Positions 27,894 through 36,193 are shown, counted from the stretch's first letter. The stretch: DNA of 64,000 bases from a virus (IMGVR_UViG_3300047557_002560:4366-68365); one strand, 5' to 3'. Program-made: numbers and translations. The notes: a model not told the origin generated them from the sequence alone.

Positions 27894-28298
27894 ATGTCCG
27901 ATATCCAAAGTAGTTACATTAAGAATCCTAAAGTCATGTATAAGTTTGGCTATACAGACATGGGAGATGCGAATCAAAGATTTTCAGAAGCAACAGCTAG
28001 AATAAGAAACTTCAGAGGAGTTCCTCTTGGTAGAGATTACGATGCAAGAACTAGATGGTCTATTTGGGTTAAGACCAAAGAAGATGCTTTAGCTTTTGAG
28101 GAAATGTTCAAAAGCTTACTACCTCCAAAAAACATATGGACAGAAGAAACCTACAACGGTATAACTGAATGTAGAGCTTTAGAAAGTAAGCAAGCTGAAG
28201 CTCTCATTACTGAACTCAAAGAGAAGTATAAGAAATCTGAGTATAGCTATAGTCCAGGATACTATAAAGTTTACTTTGTAATGTTTGTAAAGAAATGA
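27894..28298 (+). CDS. hypothetical, weakly GIY-YIG/T5orf172-like
   Basis: MYKFGYT..A.QRF. Confidence 0.5.
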   Translation: MSDIQSSYIKNPKVMYKFGYTDMGDANQRFSEATARIRNFRGVPLGRDYDARTRWSIWVKTKEDALAFEEMFKSLLPPKNIWTEETYNGITECRALESKQAEALITELKEKYKKSEYSYSPGYYKVYFVMFVKK

Positions 28299-28546
28299 CA
28301 AGAGATGAATTTTTAGAAAAGTATGGAGATCACATTGGAGATGAAGAGATTATGTTTGCTGACGGATTTGATGATGCTCTAGTGGGATTAGATATAGTAG
28401 ATCATAGAGTAATATACGACTCAGGAAAGATGGCAGAGATCCTAGTAAAGGATGAAGGTATGGAATTGATAGATGCTATTGAATATTTAGAGTACAATGT
28501 ATACAATGCATACGTAGGAGAAAAGACACCAATTTATATTATTTAG
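28295..28546 (+). CDS. conserved hypothetical phage protein
   Basis: ADGFDDALVG...AIEYLEYNV..AYVGEKTP. Confidence 0.75.
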   Translation: MTRDEFLEKYGDHIGDEEIMFADGFDDALVGLDIVDHRVIYDSGKMAEILVKDEGMELIDAIEYLEYNVYNAYVGEKTPIYII

Positions 28547-28564
28547 TAACTTAACAATTAAAAT

Positions 28565-28756
28565 ATGGCAAAAGAAACAGTAGTCGTAAGTGAAGTAAAG
28601 ACATTCACAACATACGCAGTAGTAGTATTTCCAGACCTAGCTCAGGTTGTAGCAGAAGTTAATGCATTACTTGCTAGAGGATGGCAACCAGTTGGTGGCA
28701 TCCAAATTAGTGCACAAGGTAGTAATGTTTATCACTACCAAGCTATGGCAAAGTAA
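28565..28756 (+). CDS. DUF1737-like small protein
   Basis: VNALLARGWQPVGGI...YQAM. Confidence 0.65.
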   Translation: MAKETVVVSEVKTFTTYAVVVFPDLAQVVAEVNALLARGWQPVGGIQISAQGSNVYHYQAMAK

Positions 28757-28784
28757 AATTTTCTGTAAATTTTCATGTAAAAAG

Positions 28785-28815
28785 TTGGGTCCGATCAGAA
28801 ATGGTCGGACTTTTA
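28785..28815 (+). promoter_or_regulatory. promoter/hairpin cassette element
   Basis: TTG-N20-GACTTTTA; dyad GTCCGATC/GGTCGGAC. Confidence 0.55.
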
Positions 28816-28834
28816 CTTTTTAAAACATATAAAC

Positions 28835-29215
28835 ATGAAAGTAATTTGTGTAGAAAGTAGTTTTCTTATTGAAGACGAGAAGGTTCAGACTGCAGTTAAG
28901 GGTTCTATTTACACAGTGATTGATGCTGTAAAGGATCCCAAACCAGTTGTTACAAAAGAAGGTGGTATTAGAACGTTTGCTCAAGGATGGTGGTTCAGAT
29001 TTGAAGAGACAGGAGATTTATGGCATCACCAGTTTAAGTTCAAGAAAGTTGAAGAGATGGTTAAAGAAAAGATTCCAACTAGCATAGGTCCAAAGCCTGG
29101 TGCAGTTAGGATCATATTACCTAAGAAAGAACTCATGAAACAAAAAAGTGAAGAATCTGTAAAAAAGATTTCTTCAAAAGTAAAGAATGTTGGTAAAATG
29201 TCAAAACTTAAGTAG
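28835..29215 (+). CDS. hypothetical protein
   Basis: ORF after cassette element. Confidence 0.7.
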   Translation: MKVICVESSFLIEDEKVQTAVKGSIYTVIDAVKDPKPVVTKEGGIRTFAQGWWFRFEETGDLWHHQFKFKKVEEMVKEKIPTSIGPKPGAVRIILPKKELMKQKSEESVKKISSKVKNVGKMSKLK

Positions 29216-29224
29216 CTTTAGTTC

Positions 29225-29407
29225 ATGAAGATTCAGATGAAAGATTTATTCGACAAGTACATACAAAAGTCTCTAAACTTCGAAAATATAAAGTCTGAGG
29301 CTATTTGGATCAAATGTAGAAATTGTGGCAAGTTGTTTACTCAGACAGTCTACAAAGGCAAGAAGAGTGTACCAATATGTCCTTATTGTAAAACTATAAA
29401 CAAATAA
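29225..29407 (+). CDS. zinc-ribbon protein
   Basis: CRNC...CPYC. Confidence 0.65.
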   Translation: MKIQMKDLFDKYIQKSLNFENIKSEAIWIKCRNCGKLFTQTVYKGKKSVPICPYCKTINK

Positions 29408-29409
29408 AC

Positions 29410-29736
29410 ATGAAGAGGATTTTGATTTCGATTTCGCTCATTGCTTTGATTGCTGGGTGCAAAGTATTTGCTGTAGCAAAGAAACCAAAGATAGATCATT
29501 TTACTGTAGAAGGTAAGATGGTTCTAATGGATAGCAAGCCTTTTGCAGAGTTACAAGCTATTACTTATTCACTAGATGGAGGTGAGTTGGTTAGAGAGAT
29601 GAACTTTAAGTTATTTAGGAATGGTAATCAAGAAGAGGTTGAAGCTTTGATTTACTTCCTTCATGAAAGAAACAAAGATGAAGAGATTGAAGTTGAATTT
29701 GATATTAACGACGGTAGTGAACTAATAAAATTGTAA
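29410..29736 (+). CDS. lipoprotein
   Basis: MKRILISISLIALIAGC lipobox. Confidence 0.7.
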   Translation: MKRILISISLIALIAGCKVFAVAKKPKIDHFTVEGKMVLMDSKPFAELQAITYSLDGGELVREMNFKLFRNGNQEEVEALIYFLHERNKDEEIEVEFDINDGSELIKL

Positions 29737-29740
29737 GAAC

Positions 29741-30061
29741 ATGAATGAAAGAGTAATGCAAGTTGAAGAGATTATTGCAGAGGAGTTTAGTGTTGAATTA
29801 AACTTTAAAGAGAATAAGAGTAGAACAAGTAGAATTATATTTCCTAAAAAGTTGCTTTGTAGTATTCTATACCATAAAGAGGGACTTAACTTGGAGGCAG
29901 TTGGATCCTATATGGGCTTCAAAGATCATTCTAACGTTATACATCATCTAAAAACTGGTGAAGGTTTGTATGCTTGTGATGAAGCTTACAGATACAAAGC
30001 TGATAAGGTATATAACAAAGTATCTAATATCTATACAATTAAAACCAATACAAATGAATAA
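29741..30061 (+). CDS. stand-alone DnaA domain IV-like HTH protein
   Basis: LNLEAVGSYMGFKDHSNVIHH resembles DnaA signature IG..FG.RDHTTV.H. Confidence 0.7.
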   Translation: MNERVMQVEEIIAEEFSVELNFKENKSRTSRIIFPKKLLCSILYHKEGLNLEAVGSYMGFKDHSNVIHHLKTGEGLYACDEAYRYKADKVYNKVSNIYTIKTNTNE

Positions 30062-30161
30062 GAATTACTATCCAGCAGCAGCGTTTGGACTCATAGTAGC
30101 ACTAAGCCTCTTTGTTTGGTTCTTTGTAGTAAAGGGAATGATTTGTTATCTCAATCACTAA
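30054..30161 (+). CDS. 35-aa membrane peptide
   Basis: single TM; start ATG 30054. Confidence 0.45.
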   Translation: MNKNYYPAAAFGLIVALSLFVWFFVVKGMICYLNH

Positions 30162-30164
30162 TAC

Positions 30165-30446
30165 ATGACAAGGCAAGAACAAAAAGCAGACAAAGATAGA
30201 TTACTTCTCAAAGAGCTAATTGACAAGATGTTTGAGCTTGCAGGTCATAATCTAAAGTTTGAAGATGTAGAAGGAAGAAAAGATAACTGGTTTCAAGAGT
30301 ATACAATGACCGAGGAACAGAATAAGGAATGGAGAGAGTGGGGAACTAAGTTGATTGCTAAAAAGAAGAGGCATTTGAAGAAGATAGCTGATCGCGAGAT
30401 GGCTTGGATAGATCTATATTGCGGACTTAAAATTGAAAATAAATAA
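30165..30446 (+). CDS. hypothetical protein
   Basis: tightly packed ORF. Confidence 0.7.
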   Translation: MTRQEQKADKDRLLLKELIDKMFELAGHNLKFEDVEGRKDNWFQEYTMTEEQNKEWREWGTKLIAKKKRHLKKIADREMAWIDLYCGLKIENK

Positions 30447-30449
30447 ACT

Positions 30450-30728
30450 ATGATCGAATACAAAATCATAAAGAATCAATATATAAACGAAAGAGGTAAA
30501 GAACTCTCTCCTTACTACACGATTAGATACAAGGTGAGATTTCTATGGTTTTGGTGGAGATGGAAATATGTTAGTCATAGTTCATGTGATCGGTATGGCT
30601 GTAGTAGTCTTGTAACAGACTTTCCAACATTAGAGGACGCACAGCGATTTGCAGAAAAGTTTATATGTGGTGGAAGAGTATACGATGGATTTGAGAAAAG
30701 AGTAGTTGATTATAAAATTTGTAAGTAA
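30450..30728 (+). CDS. hypothetical protein
   Basis: tightly packed ORF. Confidence 0.7.
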   Translation: MIEYKIIKNQYINERGKELSPYYTIRYKVRFLWFWWRWKYVSHSSCDRYGCSSLVTDFPTLEDAQRFAEKFICGGRVYDGFEKRVVDYKICK

Positions 30729-30731
30729 GTT

Positions 30732-30968
30732 ATGACAGCACAAGAAATAGAACAACTAGCCGAAACGCAATGGGAACAGATAGGTGGGTGGAATGATGAC
30801 TATAAGAAAGTATTCATAGCCGGATTCCAACAAGGTTATTTGAGTGGTAGGATAGAGGGTATAGATAATCAAATAGAAAAAAACCGTAATAGGATAGCAG
30901 ACCTATTAATTAATGGTTTGGACTGTCATTATAGTGACTTACCTTCACCCAAAGCGTATGATAAATGA
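30732..30968 (+). CDS. hypothetical protein
   Basis: tightly packed ORF. Confidence 0.65.
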   Translation: MTAQEIEQLAETQWEQIGGWNDDYKKVFIAGFQQGYLSGRIEGIDNQIEKNRNRIADLLINGLDCHYSDLPSPKAYDK

Positions 30969-31231
30969 AACAACAAACTGCAGCTAATTGGATTTTAATA
31001 GAATTACAAAATAAGTTTCCTAAAGAAATAGGTAATGCGTATGAGTCTAATCAGTTTTTGTTTGAGTATTTATTTGAAAAAGCAAAAGCAATGGAGAGGG
31101 AGCAGCTGAGGAAATGTTACGAACACGCTATGTTAGCATTATTAGATACTGGTCATGGTGATATCTTTGAAGATTATTATAATAAAACATTTAAAAATAA
31201 AATATGGCACAACAAACAGACAACCCAGTAG
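30965..31231 (+). CDS. QQTAxxW family small protein, paralog 1
   Basis: MKQQTAANW...AKAMEREQL...EDYYNKTFK. Confidence 0.75.
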   Translation: MKQQTAANWILIELQNKFPKEIGNAYESNQFLFEYLFEKAKAMEREQLRKCYEHAMLALLDTGHGDIFEDYYNKTFKNKIWHNKQTTQ

Positions 31232-31485
31232 ACGAAAACGGCTATCCTGTGTATGGTACATTTAGACAACCAACAAAACAACAAACGGCAGTAGAGTGGT
31301 TATGGAGATGGCAAATGGATAACGAATTTGCATCTTTTAGCGAAGCCAAAAATGCTTATAAACAAGCAAAAGAAATGGAAAAACAACAAATATCCGAAGG
31401 GTATAGACAGGGTGTTGAGGAAGATGTGTATAATAACCCATTGAAAACGGGTGATGAATACTATAATGAAACCTATAACAAATGA
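31204..31485 (+). CDS. QQTAxxW family small protein, paralog 2
   Basis: KQQTAVEW...AKEMEKQQI...DEYYNETYNK. Confidence 0.75.
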   Translation: MAQQTDNPVDENGYPVYGTFRQPTKQQTAVEWLWRWQMDNEFASFSEAKNAYKQAKEMEKQQISEGYRQGVEEDVYNNPLKTGDEYYNETYNK

Positions 31486-31709
31486 ACAGATATCATTTAG
31501 ATTTAATAGTTGGTGGTCCGTTAGGTATAATAACAAACCTCATAACAGTTGAAGCCGATGGGATTGGTTGGGGTACTAGCAGTGGTGTATATGATTTTTG
31601 GAAGATAATAGGTGAAGATGAGGACGGAATTAAACATAGAGAAACAGTAGCCATGTACCCCATTGTTAGAACGGTGATTAGGAAAATTGAGAAAGATATA
31701 AACAAATAA
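31482..31709 (+). CDS. hypothetical protein
   Basis: coupled ORF. Confidence 0.65.
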   Translation: MNRYHLDLIVGGPLGIITNLITVEADGIGWGTSSGVYDFWKIIGEDEDGIKHRETVAMYPIVRTVIRKIEKDINK

Positions 31710-31712
31710 ACT

Positions 31713-31922
31713 ATGTCACAACAAACAGCAGTTGAGATGTTACTTAGATATGTAAAGCAACACGGCCTTGATTTAGAATATGAAATGGAAATGTCGTTTC
31801 TAGATCATGAGAAGGAGCAAATAATTAAGGCTTGGTGGAGTGGTGAGAATGATTCAAGCATTGATCCTAAATTAATAAAAGATATGGCAGAACAATACTA
31901 CAACGAAACATATGGAAAATAA
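31713..31922 (+). CDS. QQTAxxW family small protein, paralog 3
   Basis: MSQQTAVEM...EKEQII...EQYYNETYGK. Confidence 0.75.
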   Translation: MSQQTAVEMLLRYVKQHGLDLEYEMEMSFLDHEKEQIIKAWWSGENDSSIDPKLIKDMAEQYYNETYGK

Positions 31923-32331
31923 GAAACCAAAAAGATATAGCTACTCAACAGTTGGGTATGGTGTAATGACTTTATTTGGCGAGAAGTACAGAATGGGTAG
32001 GATTGAGATATTTGATAATCAAAGTGGTTCAAGTTATCAAATAGAAGAAGGATCCTACTCAGTACCTCATGAAATATCAGAAAAATTTGAAGACTTTATT
32101 GAATCGCTAGAAACAGACTTACCAATCAATATAGAGATAGGAAGTCATGAATGGTGTGAAGATGAGTGTGCAAAAGCACTTGGGTTCAAAGACCAAGAAG
32201 AAATGAGAGATCCGGTAAAGGTCAGTGAGTATAGGAGAAAGCAGAATGACCAGTATGCTGTAACAAGAGGATATAAGGATTGGGATGACTTAAAGGCTAA
32301 CAGTGAATTTGGATACAAAGATGAGAAGTAA
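31912..32331 (+). CDS. hypothetical protein
   Basis: coupled ORF. Confidence 0.7.
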   Translation: MENKKPKRYSYSTVGYGVMTLFGEKYRMGRIEIFDNQSGSSYQIEEGSYSVPHEISEKFEDFIESLETDLPINIEIGSHEWCEDECAKALGFKDQEEMRDPVKVSEYRRKQNDQYAVTRGYKDWDDLKANSEFGYKDEK

Positions 32332-32848
32332 GTATATCTTTATTGACATAGACGGACCTCTTGCTTGGGGTACTTGGGGTGGAGGTAAAGTAGTCATTCA
32401 TGAGAATGAACACAACGAATTCACAATACCATATCCTTGGAACCAAGAAGATGCTACTGCACTTCTAAGAATATTAGAACAAACCAATGCTAAGTTAGTT
32501 CTAAGTTCCGATTGGAGAGAACACTATTCGTTTAGACAAATGACTTATATCTTTGCACACTACGGTATACATTGGTCTCTTGTTGATATAACTACTCACC
32601 AACCACTTTGGAATAAACTTAGTGGAGGTAGTGCAGATCACATTAGAGCCTTACAAATACTAAAGTGGGTGAAGGATAATAAAGTAAAAAATTGGATAGC
32701 GATTGATGACTTAGACTTGGGATCATGTTTCAAGTTTATGAAACCAAGAGTACCAAAGTGGAGACACGTACAAGTGGATGGCGATCACGGAGAAGGAGGA
32801 AGACTAAGAGACAAGATAGAAGAGTGTGTAGAGAAGTTAAACAGATAG
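32321..32848 (+). CDS. HAD-superfamily protein (Swiss-army-knife RNA-repair-like)
   Basis: YIFIDIDGPL, LVLSSDWR, WIAIDD. Confidence 0.8.
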   Translation: MRSKYIFIDIDGPLAWGTWGGGKVVIHENEHNEFTIPYPWNQEDATALLRILEQTNAKLVLSSDWREHYSFRQMTYIFAHYGIHWSLVDITTHQPLWNKLSGGSADHIRALQILKWVKDNKVKNWIAIDDLDLGSCFKFMKPRVPKWRHVQVDGDHGEGGRLRDKIEECVEKLNR

Positions 32849-32891
32849 GTGGTGTCACGACCTATAGTATATATCTTCAAACAGTTAAATT

Positions 32892-33263
32892 ATGTTCACG
32901 ATGACAAATGCAAAGATTGAATTTCAAAGGATGATTGAAAGTGAAGCAACCAAGGTGAAGTGTGTATGGATCATAACAGAGAATAGAGGAAGAGTATGGT
33001 CCGAAGAAGGTTCATGGGGTTGGAGTGAAGAAGACACTGCGCCCAGTGCTATAATATTAAAAGAAGGATACACAGAAGAAGAGTATAACGACTTCTTAAG
33101 CCAACTGGATTTTGAATACGACTCCGGATACGGAATGCAAGTACTTGACGGAACGATTTGGATGCAAGACGGAACTTGGATTGACAGAGGAGAGTACGAC
33201 GGATCCGAGTGGTGGGTAAAAAGAGAATGCCCCCCTATCCCACAAAATCTCAAAAGGTCGTAG
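32892..33263 (+). CDS. hypothetical phage protein
   Basis: LDFEYDSGYGMQVLDGTIW..DGTWIDRGEYDGSEWW. Confidence 0.75.
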   Translation: MFTMTNAKIEFQRMIESEATKVKCVWIITENRGRVWSEEGSWGWSEEDTAPSAIILKEGYTEEEYNDFLSQLDFEYDSGYGMQVLDGTIWMQDGTWIDRGEYDGSEWWVKRECPPIPQNLKRS

Positions 33264-33678
33264 CCAAGACACAAGTACAACCCCCAGCAAAATAAAAAGA
33301 ATAAGAAAGAATATAAGGGGGAGAAATAATAACCCAGCTAATACTATAAGCCCCCTAGGGATAACTAAATCTACCCCGGGAGAAAGGCTATACCACCCCC
33401 TAGGTGCAATTCGATTCCACCTTATAAAGTCTAAGACAAATTCTAAAGTCTAATTATTATTATATTCTAGTCTAAAGAAAATTGCTAGGGGGGGAAAGAG
33501 ACTGAGAAAGAGTAAGGGGAGGACACTCGCTCGTTCCCAACCTCTCTTTTTCTCTCCCCCTCTCAATTATATACCGTATAGATGTATAGCTATGGGGGAT
33601 AGATACTATTTATAGGGGTAGGCTAGGTGTAGGGTGCAATTGGATTCCACCCTATTAATGCTAGGCTAAGTTGGAAAT
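33264..33678. other. 415-nt non-coding element with C/G homopolymer runs, nested inverted repeats and two copies of a hairpin
   Basis: GGTGCAATT(C/G)GATTCCACC at 33403-33421 and 33633-33651; nested complementary blocks (see findings). Confidence 0.65.
33605..33614 (+). promoter_or_regulatory. candidate late promoter
   Basis: ACTATTTATA. Confidence 0.45.
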
Positions 33679-34023
33679 ATGAAAAATATTCTGGAAACAA
33701 AAGGAAAGAAGTATTCAGTATACGAGATCACGAATGTGAAGGAGAGATCTAAAAACTACGGAAGGAAGATCTACATTGCGTCAAGTTACATGAAGGAGGA
33801 GGATATCCTCTCTCGCATCAGAAGCATCCAAGATAGCAAGACAGGAAGGGGAGGAACAAAAGACCTAGCTCAGGATATCAGGAGCGCGGGGAAGGATTAT
33901 AAAGATAGTTTTAAAGTAAAGTTAATCAAGTCAGGCCTCTCCCGAGAAAGGGCAGAAGAGGTTAAAGCTAATTTTATTGATAGGGCCGGAAAGGTGTACA
34001 ACCAGGAGATGGAAGTCACCTAG
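33679..34023 (+). CDS. degenerate GIY-YIG-like protein
   Basis: VYEITN...IYIASS...R...F...VYN. Confidence 0.6.
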   Translation: MKNILETKGKKYSVYEITNVKERSKNYGRKIYIASSYMKEEDILSRIRSIQDSKTGRGGTKDLAQDIRSAGKDYKDSFKVKLIKSGLSRERAEEVKANFIDRAGKVYNQEMEVT

Positions 34024-34099
34024 GGACATTCCGAAAAAAATTTCTCTGGGGACGGATCCCAACTGCAGAAAATCTAATTTTAAGAAAACTTTAAGGATT

Positions 34100-34170
34100 T
34101 CACCTAGGCACAGCGTACCTCTGATCTCTCCTGTACTCCCTCGTGAGGTAACAGCCCGTCTTAATTGACA
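34100..34170 (-). ncRNA. putative small RNA, copy 1 of a three-copy family
   Basis: own promoter 34174-34204; motif GGAGAGATCAGAGGTACGCTGTGCC (34107-34131); no ORF. Confidence 0.65.
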
Positions 34171-34173
34171 ACC

Positions 34174-34204
34174 TAAAGGTACGAACAAAAGAGGCCCCAA
34201 GCAA
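34174..34204 (-). promoter_or_regulatory. Bacteroidota-type -33/-7 promoter with dyad
   Basis: TTG-N20-TACCTTTA; GGCCCCAA/TTGGGGCC 34193-34215. Confidence 0.8.
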
Positions 34205-34222
34205 CAGTTGGGGCCATTTTTT

Positions 34223-34429
34223 TTAGTAGTCGAAATATCCCTCTTCCGTATTAATTTCTCTACCTACCAGGTTCTGAAGATTAGAACTATCAAAGTCTGA
34301 AAACTGATGATAGAAAGTCTCTGCGTAGACCAGGGCTGTGGTATTGTCCTCAAAGGTTAATTTGTAGACGGACCCTACAGCTGGGTGGTAAGGTAAGTTT
34401 GTTAGTGTGATGGCTTTGATTTTTTTCAT
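34223..34429 (-). CDS. early hypothetical protein
   Basis: own promoter and AAAATCAAAGTT-ATG leader on minus strand. Confidence 0.8.
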   Translation of the reverse strand: MKKIKAITLTNLPYHPAVGSVYKLTFEDNTTALVYAETFYHQFSDFDSSNLQNLVGREINTEEGYFDY

Positions 34430-34454
34430 AACTTTGATTTTGATTGTGATAGCC

Positions 34455-34485
34455 TAAAGGTACGAACAAAAATTCGTATTGGCAA
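34455..34485 (-). promoter_or_regulatory. -33/-7 promoter (divergent pair, left)
   Basis: TTG-N20-TACCTTTA. Confidence 0.8.
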
Positions 34486-34531
34486 CACTTGGTGCCATTT
34501 TTTTTTTATTTTATTTTTTTTCTATAAACTG

Positions 34532-34562
34532 TTGCCTAGAATGTTAATAGTTGGTATCTTTA
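34532..34562 (+). promoter_or_regulatory. -33/-7 promoter (divergent pair, right)
   Basis: TTG-CCTAGAATGTTAATAGTTGG-TATCTTTA. Confidence 0.8.
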
Positions 34563-34586
34563 GGTTCTAAACCAAAAATCAAAATT

Positions 34587-34790
34587 ATGACAGGTTATCA
34601 ACAACAGCTATTTAGAGATTTAGTTAATTTGAATTGGGAAATTGACCATGGTAATTATCCATCAGTAGTTGAATTTGCACTTGTGGAGCAGTATTGGAAG
34701 GTGAAGCAGGAATTAATAGATGATATGGGTAAGGAAGAGTATGAGCAATTTATAGCTGCAGGCAGGGAGATGTTTGCTCCTGCCAAATAA
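34587..34790 (+). CDS. early hypothetical protein
   Basis: AAAAATCAAAATT-ATG leader. Confidence 0.75.
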   Translation: MTGYQQQLFRDLVNLNWEIDHGNYPSVVEFALVEQYWKVKQELIDDMGKEEYEQFIAAGREMFAPAK

Positions 34791-34797
34791 AAAAAAG

Positions 34798-34828
34798 TTG
34801 GTCCCAATGTAAAAAGTTGGGACCTTCA
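34798..34828 (+). promoter_or_regulatory. promoter/hairpin cassette element
   Basis: TTG-N20-GACCTTCA; GGTCCCAA-N9-TTGGGACC. Confidence 0.7.
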
Positions 34829-34843
34829 TTTAAAATTAAAGTT

Positions 34844-35179
34844 ATGGAAATTATAAACGCTAGTTCTGAAATGCAGATGACACTTTTGTTTGAAGCCTAC
34901 TATCAGCAATGCCCTGATAGAAAGATTGCTTACACTACTTCAGAAGTAAGAGATGGATACCTTCAGTCCTGGATCTGTATGAACGGAATTGAAATGTCCT
35001 ATATGATGTATCAGGGGGAGTATCAAATTATCTTTATGTGTTCAAGGTATTGTGATGAAATGGGAGGTGATGCAAACTACTTGAATACTTTCTACTTCAA
35101 AACTTATGAGGAATGCCTCAAAGTTTGGGAAATGAATGAAAGTGAACTTTACGAACACTTTAAGATTCTTGAATGTTAA
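34844..35179 (+). CDS. early hypothetical protein
   Basis: AAAGTT-ATG leader. Confidence 0.7.
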   Translation: MEIINASSEMQMTLLFEAYYQQCPDRKIAYTTSEVRDGYLQSWICMNGIEMSYMMYQGEYQIIFMCSRYCDEMGGDANYLNTFYFKTYEECLKVWEMNESELYEHFKILEC

Positions 35180-35209
35180 TAATTGGTATCTTTAGTTTAT
35201 CAAAAAATT

Positions 35210-35316
35210 GTTTAAATATCCAATAAGGAGCATATCGTCCCTTTTATCACCCACACTGCTGGCGGTGATACGTGGCAGGGTTATCACTAGCTAGAGGCAG
35301 ATGAGGATATTTAAAC
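35210..35316 (+). ncRNA. candidate structured RNA/leader
   Basis: 12-bp GTTTAAATATCC/GGATATTTAAAC closing stem, internal TATCACC/GGTGATA stem; downstream of TATCTTTA 35187-35194. Confidence 0.45.
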
Positions 35317-35337
35317 TAAATTAAAAAAATCAAAGTT

Positions 35338-35622
35338 ATGCTTAAAGAACACTTGAAAGAAATTAAAGGAGAACTTGTAAGGCACTATGCAGAAAGTTGT
35401 TTGGATATAAGTAAGAATTCTAAAGGGGAAGTTGATTATGAAGCCTACTATGAAGATTTAGAACTTTACTTGGGTGATATCTTTAAAATCGATAGCCTAG
35501 ATGATTTAGATAAATTTATCTATGACACAGGCTTAGATGAAAGAGGATTTGGATTAGATTATTTTGTTGGGGCATATAGTGAAAAGTTGGTACCTTCACG
35601 TAAAGGTGAAATGCAAATTTAA
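35338..35622 (+). CDS. early hypothetical acidic protein
   Basis: AAAAAATCAAAGTT-ATG leader. Confidence 0.75.
   Translation: MLKEHLKEIKGELVRHYAESCLDISKNSKGEVDYEAYYEDLELYLGDIFKIDSLDDLDKFIYDTGLDERGFGLDYFVGAYSEKLVPSRKGEMQI
35567..35598 (+). promoter_or_regulatory. promoter embedded in the 3' end of a CDS
   Basis: TTG-N21-TACCTTCA. Confidence 0.45.
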
Positions 35623-35625
35623 AAA

Positions 35626-35853
35626 ATGAAATCAAGAGAGGAGTATTTGAAAAGGAGGAAGGAGCTTGGGAGATTATCTGTTGAAAAGCTCGAAGCCTTA
35701 TTGGGGAAGCTATACGATAAACGATATGTGGATCAAGACATTGGCTATGAAAGTGAATATCGTTTAGCTTCCTCAGTCTATAGGCAAAAGGTGAAGAAGG
35801 GGGGTAGTCTAATCTTCCATATGAAAAATTTTATCTTATCGGTTGTCGTTTGA
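35626..35853 (+). CDS. early hypothetical protein
   Basis: ORF. Confidence 0.6.
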   Translation: MKSREEYLKRRKELGRLSVEKLEALLGKLYDKRYVDQDIGYESEYRLASSVYRQKVKKGGSLIFHMKNFILSVVV

Positions 35854-35901
35854 AATTTTGTTCGTATGGTTATTATATAACTGTAAACAAATTCAATAAA
35901 T

Positions 35902-36090
35902 ATGACAACAGCTCAAAAACTTAGCACCTTCCGTAGGGCTAGAAGAAATGGCGACATCAGCACACTTGCTGAGCGCACTGGCTATTCTGCAGCCATGGTA
36001 AGCATGACACTTAATGGTCAAAGGAACAACGAAACAATTGTTGATACTGCATACCGCTTGGTACGTAGACGTAAGCAGGCTTTGGCTTAA
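35902..36090 (+). CDS. Cro/XRE-like HTH protein
   Basis: ISTLAERTGYSAAMVSMTLNGQR. Confidence 0.75.
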   Translation: MTTAQKLSTFRRARRNGDISTLAERTGYSAAMVSMTLNGQRNNETIVDTAYRLVRRRKQALA

Positions 36091-36126
36091 ATGCTTTTTT
36101 GATTTTGATTTTTAAATTTAGTCTAC

Positions 36127-36155
36127 GGCCCCTGTTTCTACGGGGGCCTCTTTAT
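36127..36155 (+). terminator. intrinsic terminator
   Basis: GGCCCCTG-TTTCTA-CGGGGGCC then TCTTTATTT. Confidence 0.75.
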
Positions 36156-36193
36156 TTAGAACATATGCCAAAAACAAATATGTGTTGGAACCG

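Noticed and set aside
34030-34095. Additional active promoter (CGGATCCCAACTG...AAACTTTA)
   Set aside because: It resembles the 39.8-kb element but the -33 and -7 boxes are degenerate; probably a decayed cassette remnant.
33931-34200. ORFs 33931-34200 (-) and 33977-34168 (+)
   Set aside because: They span a gene end, the sRNA and promoter boxes; the minus-strand ORF starts upstream of the predicted TSS; atypical composition.
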